The translations under genes were made by a program, and so were the position numbers. A stretch of DNA of 63,977 nt, the filler included, from Hausera hauseri (lineage: Eukaryota), in NCBI GenBank assembly GCA_046269625.1. It is 12 parts of 12 records of this genome, joined end to end, with 100 filler letters (N's around TTAATTAATTAA, not from the genome) between each part and the next. Parts side by side here need not be neighbours in the genome. Positions count along the whole stretch, not along the records: positions 1 to 5,507 come from JBJURY010239628.1; positions 5,608 to 12,627 come from JBJURY010043444.1; 10 more parts are not named here. One strand, 5' to 3'. This document shows positions 1-10,160 of the stretch, piece after piece. The number at the start of each line of letters is the position of its first letter. The stretch's first letter is position 1. The notes beneath the pieces were generated by a model, which saw nothing but the letters and a program-made list of their open reading frames with translations, did not search any database and had not been told where the DNA came from.

Positions 1-939
1 TAATTCTGGTTGATTTATTGTTGTACTAAAAAGTAACATATTATTATAATATAAGAAATCTGACTGGGTTAACAGTTGCATTATCAACACATTTTTACCA
101 CATCCTGAACTCCCAATCATTAATAAACGAAAATTGTTTGGAAATAGTTTATTTTGAAATTCGGTTTTGTTTAAATTTAAAATCACTGGTTTCGGATTAT
201 CCGTTTTTATAGTATATATTTATACAACATTTACAAATTGTGCATTCATTCAAAATGTAATTATTATCTGATTTTATAATTATGTGACCTGTTTCACAAA
301 ATTTGCAATCTGAGTTACTTGAAGACATTTTATTGCATATTTTTAAAATTAAATTGTTGGGTGTAATGCCTACAGTGGCTGGCACCCTCTGGCCCATTTG
401 ATTGGACACGGCCGGGCGTGCGTTACCGCCGCGTCGGGTTCATAGTTGAGCCCCGATCTTCCGACTCGAGAATTCAAGAAAAGAAAAAGAACCAAACAAA
501 ATCAAACGATAACCCTAATGTACATTGCTCGATTGAAACAATTATCCAGCCATTGAAATATCGACATGGTTGCTCGTTTCCCATTGGTAGTTGCATGACA
601 AGTGGAATATAGGGAAAACAAGTTATTAATACACGCATATTCCCGTTTTGTTTACTACAATCGTCATCTGCCCTGAACATCTCAGTAATCTCAGCAACAA
701 CCTCCTGGACCAAATTTTCCAACTACCCACTCCCATCGATTGATTCGCCAAGTCGAACATGCGACAACAATTTCCAAACAGATTTATGCTCTCTTTCGTC
801 TTTCACAACAGTCTCATCCAGTTCGTCATACACCGGTTCCCACAGTATCTGCTCTTACAACGACACCAATCCGTTTCGTCGATGCAGCCATGTTCAGAAA
901 AACAATCCTGTCCCAGCCGACGATGTAACAGAAATCGAA

Positions 940-1137
940 ATGTATAAAGCACCAATCATCCATGTCATATTCGATTTAGACGGAGCTTCATTAAATTCAA
1001 AGCATGCTTTCGATGAAATTTTAAGCTGTTTAACAGACGTCTATGAAAAGTTTATTTCTGCATCTATTAGACAGAAAATGAAATACAGTGGCAGAGCAGC
1101 TGCAAAATTGGGAATAGTCCAGATAAACAACTGTTAA
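940..1137 (+). pseudogene. HAD-family hydrolase N-terminal fragment (pseudouridine-5'-phosphatase/HDHD1-like)
   Basis: PIIHVIFDLDG matches HAD motif I (cf. PVTHVIFDMDG). The ORF stops after 65 aa and the rest of the domain is not evident. Confidence 0.55.
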
Positions 1138-1937
1138 AAGATATTTCCATGATAAAAGACCGGATATTATCGAAAGAATCACTGTCTATGGATTTAAAAG
1201 ACTAATCTAATTTCATCGAAGGCTCTCAGACTAAAAATATTTTTCTTGTAATTTACAACCTTTGTTAAGTAAAAAACCGTCCAGTGACATTAACTGTTTC
1301 CAACAACAGCCATCAGAAGTCGGTCAGAAAGTTATGCAAAGTTATATTCATTTCTATGAAGAGTTACGCTCAAAGTCTAATATTTCAAACGATCAAAAAC
1401 AAAAAGAGAAAAACATTAAAAATTCTCTTAAGTCCAATATTTCTATTGGAAAATTGCTCACTAAAAGTGGACAGGGGTACGTCCATTTCTTGAAGTCAGA
1501 TAAATGACATACAAAATAATCGGATCTGAACCAACGGATTTTCACAATATTTAGCTTAGATGTTTTGCTATTGGCGTTCAACCCGGTTGCTTATTGAAGA
1601 TTTTAAAATGTTTAATAATTAACCGTCTATATCTCAGTTTGATTCATTATTTGTCTTGATGTTTATATGGGAGAGCGTATTTATGCACCATGACATTGTT
1701 GTAATAGTTAGATTGTATCTGTACATAATCTGTGATTTTTCTTTTAACATGACACTGTTTTCGTTCTCAAATTGAATTCTGAATTTTGATTTTGTCATTT
1801 CAGTGACTTTTGAATTTAAAAATTGTTGCAGTCATTTTGATTTAATATTTCGTTTGGGATTTATATCCTTCTGAGTCAACGGGTATCTTTTTTAACGAAC
1901 TAACAATTGGTGTCATAGATCAGGTTCTGATGAAAGT

Positions 1938-3914
1938 ATGGTGAGTGCTTATTCCGATTTGACTTATGACAAAACTAAAGGCCAATGTCTTAGTAGTAAG
2001 ATTAAAAGTAATTTGAGTAATCAACCAAAGTCTTTTGATCAATCAATAGCAATCATGTCATTATCAGGGTATTCAAATAGTAGTGGTCATTATGATTTGA
2101 CAGTTGAGCATTGTATGAAAATTTCAAACTTTCCAGCTCAACTAGTTGATTCAAATTTATTGCCGGAGTCAAGTAATGTTGTAGGGAAGAAGCGTGATTT
2201 CCATTCATACCCAGACGAATATGATAGCGATACGAGTGAAAAACCATTAGATTATTCAAGACAATTTGGTGATACAGATGAGTATATGGTTTATCCAGCT
2301 ACAATAATCCCGCATCATAATGAACAAAACCACTCAAATTCCCAAGCCACAATATTTAGAAATATTATCAATATTCCACCACCTACTATCAAAGAAAAAC
2401 CACGAGTATATGCTACAGAAGGAACGCCCGTTCAATGTGGTAGTCGTATGAGTCCTCTGTCGGAAGAAGCGGAAGACGAGGATAATTTAATGAATCGATC
2501 GGAGAATTTTACTTCTTTAAATATGATTCCAGAGGACAATTGTTGTTATACTGTGTCGAAAAAACCAAATCTTGAAAAAATTGATGAACGTGCCAATTCT
2601 GAAGTTAGAGAAAATTACAGCAATACTTTTAATAGAACAGAAAATGGCGCACTTAAATCCAATAAGTCGGTTAAGTTTGAATCGGAACCACCACAAATTA
2701 TTCAAGATACTCCTCTTATGTTTTCAAGAACTAGTTCCGTTGGTTCCTTGGACAGTTTTGAAACGCATTCTATTCATAGTTCTGTTCAAAGTGAATATTC
2801 CCGTAGAACCAGTGAGTTGGTTTCACCCAGTGAATTGCCAGACTCACCAGGATCGGAAGTTTGTCTTAAAAGTCCGCCACGACCACCGCATAAAACTGCT
2901 TCTAAGCCAACTAACTCAAATTCCCCGGCCTATTCATCATCACTTTCCATTGATGATAATAATTCCACCGGAAACCCTAATGACTGTGTAGCAATACTGC
3001 ATGAATGTATTCAATCAGGTATGCCCTATGCTAAAACATCGAAACAGTTGAAAAATGAAAATGTCCTGAAACAATCAGATCAAACCATAGAGACTACGGT
3101 ATCCTATGCAGTTGAAGGCACTCCATTCAATTATTCCACAAAAGCTAGTTCATTAAGTGAAATTAGTATTCCTGATCCATTAACAGGAAAGGAAGAACTA
3201 TATAACCTTTGTAAAGGAGAATCTAGTTCATCTGATAGTGATGAACATTCTGAACTATTATCCGAAATTATACAATCAGCTATGCCGAAAGGTATAAATT
3301 CTTCATCAGCTACAAATAGTAATAATACTAATAATCGCGACTCCCTAATATCATCCAGCAGAACTAATAATTGTTCAACTTTCCTAAATAATAGCAATCC
3401 ACAATTCAAACCTTATGGTCCATGTAACGTCACAGTATCTGGTAAATCACAAACCGAGAATTCACAAGAATTTCATATAAACAAACTTCCTCAATTCTAT
3501 TATTGTGATATTGATTCACCAAGACAATATGGTGTTGAAGGTACTCCAAACAGTATCTCCCAGCGAGATTCGGTGTGTTCAGAGTCAAATTTTATGATTA
3601 AAGTTTCTACTGACATTTATCCAAAATCTAACGGAGTCCCTCCTAAACCTCCAAAACGAACCACGTCGACTCTTTCGTCGGCTGCTCAAAGATCAAGAAC
3701 TAATTATATTTCAGAAGAAAATGCAGCATTATTACAGGAAGAAGTACATGTTTATATGACAGAAAATACTCCTGCAGATTATTCAAGAGCTTCACCAATA
3801 TCTCATTCGCTTATTGACACACCAGAATTGAATATTCAAAAATTATTCGAGATGTTGATTCTAATCATGATTAGAAATCGGCTAACGACGAAAAAAGTTC
3901 ATTATCATCGTTAA
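1938..3914 (+). CDS. APC: Adenomatous polyposis coli (APC) central beta-catenin/Axin-binding region; one large exon with a disrupted 3' end
   Basis: 15-aa-repeat-like EKPLDYS. 20-aa repeats YATEGTP, YAVEGTPFNYSTKASSLSEI, YGVEGTP, YMTENTPADYSRAS. 20R2/CID region QDTPLMFSRTSSVGSLDSFE...SSVQSEYS...SPSELPDSPG. SAMP repeats ILHECIQSGMP and LLSEIIQSAMPK. Candidate splice acceptor TAG near 1918. No armadillo exons seen. Confidence 0.9.
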   Translation: MVSAYSDLTYDKTKGQCLSSKIKSNLSNQPKSFDQSIAIMSLSGYSNSSGHYDLTVEHCMKISNFPAQLVDSNLLPESSNVVGKKRDFHSYPDEYDSDTSEKPLDYSRQFGDTDEYMVYPATIIPHHNEQNHSNSQATIFRNIINIPPPTIKEKPRVYATEGTPVQCGSRMSPLSEEAEDEDNLMNRSENFTSLNMIPEDNCCYTVSKKPNLEKIDERANSEVRENYSNTFNRTENGALKSNKSVKFESEPPQIIQDTPLMFSRTSSVGSLDSFETHSIHSSVQSEYSRRTSELVSPSELPDSPGSEVCLKSPPRPPHKTASKPTNSNSPAYSSSLSIDDNNSTGNPNDCVAILHECIQSGMPYAKTSKQLKNENVLKQSDQTIETTVSYAVEGTPFNYSTKASSLSEISIPDPLTGKEELYNLCKGESSSSDSDEHSELLSEIIQSAMPKGINSSSATNSNNTNNRDSLISSSRTNNCSTFLNNSNPQFKPYGPCNVTVSGKSQTENSQEFHINKLPQFYYCDIDSPRQYGVEGTPNSISQRDSVCSESNFMIKVSTDIYPKSNGVPPKPPKRTTSTLSSAAQRSRTNYISEENAALLQEEVHVYMTENTPADYSRASPISHSLIDTPELNIQKLFEMLILIMIRNRLTTKKVHYHR

Positions 3915-4341
3915 GCATTAAATCAACAGAAATCAAAAGGGCAATTGACGCAGGAGAAGAATTCCGCTGTTTTAAAATTTGATATGTAATTGAAGTCGGA
4001 TAATGCCGAGCATTCAAATACGTACCGATAGCTGGAAGGAGAAAACGCAAAACTGAAATTAGAAGGGAAAATATTGACGAACGAAACTGTTAATATAAAT
4101 CAGATTTTGGAATAAAAAAAAATTAAAGTCCAAGAGTTTCAATATGAAAATGAACGTTTGCAGAATACTCGTGAACAAATCGTTGAGCAGTTAAGCAATG
4201 CTGAATTGGAAATGAAAAATTTAAAGAGTATATGAACAATGAAATTCGTTCACTAATCGGCAGAAATGAAAAGCGTGAAATGAAATATTCAACAGTTCAA
4301 AGCTATTTGGAAGATACCATTAAAACTTTGAAAGAACTAAA

Positions 4342-4484
4342 AGTAGTTGTATTATCAGGGTTATGGGCCGGCCTCTCAAATTTAAAAAAAATTTTTTCAT
4401 TCGTTCACCTCCAACACCGCTCACTTATAAAAATTTTTAAATAAAATGAGAAAGCCCACTCATAACCCTGTTAACACAACTACT
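4342..4484. mobile_element. 143-bp MITE with AGTAGT termini and 6-bp TSD (Polinton-like ends)
   Basis: Left end AGTAGTTGTATTATCAGGGTTATG vs right end reverse complement AGTAGTTGTGTTAACAGGGTTATG (22/24 identical). Direct repeat ACTAAA at 4336-4341 and 4485-4490. Confidence 0.8.
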
Positions 4485-5507
4485 ACTAAAGAATCGATGA
4501 TAAAACCAAGAGGAAATGTTCCGAAGACTAACAATCATTAACCAACGAAAAACAGCACATTATCATGAATTGCAGTCATTGCAACAGCAGCTCGTCGAAT
4601 TAAATGAAATCAAACTAAATGGTCAGTGTTATAAAGCACCTCTAGAAGATCACTTGGAAAATAAAATTCCAGAATTGAACGCAGCAAAAAGCCAAATCAA
4701 CGAAATCAATTCTCCAGTCGATTATAAATAATTTAAATGACACGATACAAGAAAAAGAAATGGATCTTCAGAGTTTAGCCGAACAAAATGACTATCTCAA
4801 CAAACAACTGACCGATAAAAATTCAGTCAATGCGAACAACATTTAGAACTCGAAATAAAGCCTCAACAAATTAGTGGTGTCGGGTCAGTTGTGACGTTGA
4901 AATTAAAGGCAAATTCTTGAAGTTGAATGAATAGAAAATCAACTTGGAATGCATGGAGAATTCCTTGGGCTTTTCTGCTGAAAATCGATATAGTTAAAAT
5001 GATTCAAATTCAATAAATTTAAATGTCATTAATGGGATCATTCTGAGGTGCTGCCACTCGTTCTTTCTTCGGTAAGATCTTTGTAATGTACGCCCTCAAA
5101 TCAAACAACTCATGATCATGCTCGAAACAGTCCGTAGTAAGAACCTTGTTGTCAGAGTTTCTTTTGTAGAAACAAGGCAGACGATATTTTTACGACATTT
5201 GGCACCGACTAAATGATTGGATGAAATTTAAATAAACGTGTACTTCCTTAAGGAAATACATAAAATTGACAATAGAAATGACGTTGCAAATATTTCAGCA
5301 TCTGTTTGTGATTTATTAAGAGCTTGTGTTTTTGAAATACAGCAATTCATTTCAAAACAGCAAAAACGTAATGCACAGTAAATTGTCAAAACATTCCGTT
5401 ACACTGAGAAACTTCAAGAACACCTGTGTTTTTTGCAACAATTAACGTTTAAAAGTTGTAATGATGTGTTCATAATATAACCAGTTTTAAACATTTAATA
5501 TGTCTGT

Positions 5508-5607
5508 NNNNNNNNNNNNNNNNNNNNNNNNNNNNNNNNNNNNNNNNNNNNTTAATTAATTAANNNNNNNNNNNNNNNNNNNNNNNNNNNNNNNNNNNNN
5601 NNNNNNN
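5508..5607. other. Artificial contig spacer (44N-TTAATTAATTAA-44N). Also starts at 12628, 17332, 23637, 29174, 35062, 39364, 43872, 48416, 54326 and 59414
   Basis: Identical 100-bp N block with a six-frame stop linker, 11 times in the window. Confidence 0.98.
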
Positions 5608-7112
5608 TAAGCAAATTAGGTTGAGGTCGGGAGGGTAGAGACCTGATCTACTAACAATAATGTCTAACGGTTTTCGAATTTGGCACGTCTAAATTATGGA
5701 GCTGAAAGTCAAGTAGATTTTGTTAAAATAAAATTTTTTGAAAAAAAAAACAAAAAGAAAATAAAACATTGTCGGGTGAATCGATCATATAGCCTGTCCG
5801 ATGCTCTTGTTTATTGTTTACATAATGGCAACTACAGATCGAATTGTGACAAAAAACAGAAAACATTATCAATACAATAAACTTGTAGTATTGATAAAAA
5901 GGATTATGTGAGTAAAGAAAGCAACATCTTGAAAAGTATCCATTACAATTATCTGTGTAGTGAAAAAGCAGAGCGAATCGGAGGAGTACATGCCGGTTGG
6001 GTATATGAATAATCTGTGGATGGGCATTTTTATGTTCGGTTTTTTTTCTTTTTCTTTTTTTGAATTGAAATATCTTTAGGATAATCTCGTAATCTGTACG
6101 AATTGTGTCTATAGTGGTGCACTTCATTTTTGTGAGAATTTATTGTCGTCTGAATTGTTTATTGTGAAATCAACGGGCATGTCGCGGTCTTGATTGATAT
6201 TTGATAATGAATTGGAGAAGATCTGGGTTGAATATAATGGCATTAGACTGTCTGAGTATACATCACTTTTCGATGCGTTGTGTTCTGGGAAACCTGAGTT
6301 TCATGGATATTTATATGATGAGCTGAGTTTAGTTTTGCGACATTTAACATCGGATTTTTTTTCCGAATGGCTCCTCCAAGAGATCCACTGGAACTTGACG
6401 GGAATTGAAGAATGTTTGAGATTTACATTATACGGTTCACATTTTGAATTAATTTTTCTTTTATTTTCCTCGACAGATCTACATTCAGCTTTAATGCTTT
6501 TAGCAATCACTTCATTGTTGGAATCGGTTGTTGATTTTTTGCTTTAATGGTTGTACATGTTAGTAGTTGAACGTGGGCCCTATCCAACACTCAACTATAA
6601 CAGTAATGAAATTCGATTTAACAATAATATTAGTCAGATAAGTTCTAACGTTCTTGTTAGAATGTTTGCACTAGTTTAGAATGAATGTACTGCTTGCAAT
6701 GTCTTGCGTAGTTTAATCGACTCTCGACCTATCTAAAGTTTAATGTGATTTTAATCCTTAGAGTAGTACAAGTCCCTCGTAAGGGGCGACGAAAAACTAT
6801 ATGAGAATTTAGATTCACAATAACACTTTACTAAAATACAATAACAATACCGATCATCAATAATATTTGTTAATTTTTAGAATTTTATTTCTATTTCAGT
6901 TCGGCTAATTGCATGCAAAATCAATTTTCTTGGCATTTATCATATTATTTTCGCATTCCGTCTAACTAATAATTAATTTATTTCATTTGCATCTCATATC
7001 ATTAGTTTCGATTTTCGTTTTCGTTTTTACTTTCGATTTATTGTACATATTTACAGTCACGAAATCGGTTTTTGACAACTTTATATACATTTATGGTTAA
7101 CGGAGTTGTTCT

Positions 7113-8721
7113 TTATACCATTTTTCCTCCCTGAACGGCATTTTCGGATGTGCCCATTGCGTCAGAAGAAGTGACGCGTAATCGGTTCATTCGTCCGCGT
7201 AAATCCGCTTCTGAATCCGATTCGTCTGATGGCGATTGTAAAACAAGGTAGTAGGATGTAGTGTGTCTTTGGGGTAGGATCTCCAGTATCTTTTTATTTT
7301 CTCCATTTGCGTAATATATCAGTCTTCTAGCCTCGGCTCTACATACTGGTCAGGTCGTTTTCCCATTTTTCAGGGTCCACGTTTTCAAGCAGTACCGGCA
7401 ATATTTGTAATTGGAATCTTTATTGTCCAATACTACGAATCATTGATAGAGATCCGCGTCGCAAACGGGACATTCTTCTTTTTTAGCTCCATTGATGTCC
7501 ACAATGTTTTCATCCAATTCTATTCTCTCGAATACTAGTATTTTTTTGTCTTGGTATAAGTATCCGTATAATCTCTTGATTGGGGTCTATTGAACTTTTC
7601 TTCGGATCGTCGGATACCGTAACCAATGTCTATTCGACTATTTCTTGTTTATCCAAATCAGGTATTCCAGTTTTCTTGTATTGCCTTTTTAGTTAAATTT
7701 TAACTCGACTGAAATACTGGGCTAAATATCTGCCAGTAGTGATATCTTCTCTAGCATATCCATTTCCATTTACTAATCTCCTAAGAACTGTGGATACGTA
7801 AAATATAGCTTCTTTGATCTTGCCCTTGCTGTAATATTCGGCCATGACGAGGATTCGTTTGTATTCTTTCACTTCACCGAATTCCGTAACTATAATTGGG
7901 GTATCTTCCTCCCAGTTCTTCCAAAGAACATTGACTTTCGTCTTGAGGGATCTGGATTTGATAATTTTCAACTGGTTTTCGTTGTTTCCTTTCATTTCTT
8001 CTCGGTTCGATATTTCTTTCTGATCATTATCTTGTTCATTCGGGATTAGGCTGTCTTCCGCTGATTTGGTTTTGTCTATTAGGCTTTTACTGGTTTTGCT
8101 CTTTTTTTACTGATATACTCCAGGAAGGAAGTTTTTGTCTTTTGTCTGGAACTAAGCTGTAAGACTCTCAATTGTGCTCTATCTCGTTTTCTGATAACTT
8201 TTGTATATATAGTAACGGTGGTAGTGGCTTCATCACTTTTGTTTGCCAGGTCATTTCAATCATGATTTTGGTTGGAAGTGCTGCGATTCTGAACTCTAGA
8301 GCGCAATTCATGAGGCTATAGCAACATAGTTCATAGGTACTAAATTTCCATTGTTGCCCTTTTTGTGTGCTCCAGGAATGTCCTACGATCCTGTATTGAA
8401 TTTTCCCATCAGCGACATGTATGTACAGTTGCTAATAGGTGAACCCATACGGAATCATATCTCTTAGGAGATATGCTTGTGCATCCTTTGGATTTTGCAT
8501 TGCGTAGAACCGAATCAGTCTATTTTCCTCTAAGCCCAATTTTAATCCATTTAGTATTTTACTTTCCTGATTAAATTTTTGATAGGTCTTGTTTTTTAGA
8601 TTCTTTCCAATTTGTAGATATAAACTTTGGATAATGGTTTGAGAACCGTTACGTGCTGTTGTAATAAATCATCGATGTCATGACTGGAATTGATTGCTGG
8701 ATTCTTCGCTTTTTCGGCCAT
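7113..8721 (-). pseudogene. Accessory ORF3 of Gypsy copy A ending in a decayed C3HC4 RING finger
   Basis: Starts MAEKAKN after a polypyrimidine/AG acceptor and is homologous to 46838 onward. Manual translation of about 7335-7475 gives CPVC...DSNYKYCRYCLKTW...T*PVCR; single-base reversions restore CxxC...CNH..CxxC...CPVC. Confidence 0.75.
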
Positions 8722-8826
8722 ACTTACTCTGCTAAAATAAAAATAAAAGTTAATCCTAAGAAAGATCATAGTTTTGAAGCAAAACATTTTCTCTGCCTGA
8801 TGATAGGGTAATCTGATCTGTAATTG

Positions 8827-10160
8827 TCAGGTTATGCTATTATAAAGTCCGACTCGGTGCCCTTTTACTCGTTTATCTCCCTTCCGATTTTTACCGCGTT
8901 TATTATAATTTTTGGAAACTAGAAAAATCGTTGCCGTTAATATGATAAGAACGAAAATTGACGAACTAAATATGGCTATTATCAATAATTTGTTTTCTTC
9001 GATAGAATTTTTTGTGGTAAACGCATTTTGAGTTCTAAGATATTTATACTGCATTACCTCAATTTTGTTGTCCGGAGTTTGTACTGTAAAAGTCCTAGGT
9101 TTCCTACCCTTTTCGGTGATTCGGACTATATAATTATGCTGTAGTCGTAATTTCTTGCATTCAGTTTCCTGATCATTCTTTCTCAGTATTATAATTTGAT
9201 TGGTGTGCAAGGTGCAACATTCAATTTTGACGTCTTGATTTAACTTCTCATCAGCGTAAAATAGAATTCTATTTCTTTTTACCAAAATCTTAATCGGTAT
9301 GCTCCCTACTTCTTTTTCTGGCATTTTATCTGAAGTTGCGATTGCAGTAGTGAGAATTGTACTTGAAATAGTGGACGGTTTCTTCGTAGTGGTTGGAAAC
9401 GGAAACTTCCATATTCCGATTTTTGGGCGGTATCCTCGTAAGTAAGTACTCGGTTCTTTAGGGTAAGTGTTGTACAGATCAAACTGTAACTGGTAGTTGT
9501 GTCCTTACTGTAATCTAAAACATACAGTAGGCCGTCGCCGTGCGAGATAACAATACTTTGGAATAGGGACTGAGGTGTTTAATGGTATACATCGGACAGA
9601 AATTTGTCTGTATCCTGGCAGTTCTACTTTGGTCTCAATTCGAACACATTGGATCTTCAAGTCCTTGGAAATACCAATAATGTTATAATATAATAGTCTT
9701 TTAAATGGATCAGTATTATGGATTATCTCATCCGTCTTAGCTCGAAACGTGTCATTTCGTTGAGGAATCCTTATTAGAAGTTCAGTAATTATGTAAGCTT
9801 GGGTTCCGGGTTGGTTACAATAGAATATTTGAAATCTGAATCGGTAGGTTTGTCCTAAATCCAAATCACAACATTTCCTATGAACTCCGCACCGAAAATC
9901 GTAGATCTGGTTACAAATATTATTTGAAATTAAACATGGCTCTGAATAGGTTCACTTGCTTCGAACCATGCACATAATTTGCTCCAGTCCATGTCGCGCT
10001 CTCTAAGTGATTGCAAATTTTAGATATCCCTTCGTCTTGCCGCATATTGTAGTTTTTCGGTTTGAGTTATCGACTTCGCCTTCGTACATACGAAGCGATT
10101 AACGATAAGGCGAGGAATATTTGCACATACGTTATTGGGCTGGCCGTTATGGACGATATT
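8827..10160 (-). pseudogene. Env-position type-I membrane protein of Gypsy copy A (signal peptide, three FN3-like domains, S/T-rich linker, TM helix, basic tail with YxxI)
   Basis: Signal ITYVQIFLALSLIASYV directly after the integrase C-terminal RYNLRS. Repeated L-x-L-x-x-x-Y motifs. TM LLIIAIFSSSIFVLIILTATIFLV. Tail ends LYNSIT. Colinear homolog at 45410-46732. Confidence 0.8.

Noticed and set aside
405-460. GC-rich stretch as a possible Helitron 3' hairpin
   Set aside because: No clean stem and no correctly placed CTRR terminus.
5508-5607. Recurrent TTAATTAATTAA palindrome
   Set aside because: Artificial six-frame-stop linker inside assembly gaps. Cross-gap neighbourhoods, such as integrase in contig 7 beside pPolB in contig 8, were not used as evidence.
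5608-6790. Possible 3' LTR (about 6550-6770) and a decayed minus-strand ORF beyond Gypsy copy A
   Set aside because: No second LTR to compare, a weak polypurine tract and no recognisable domain.
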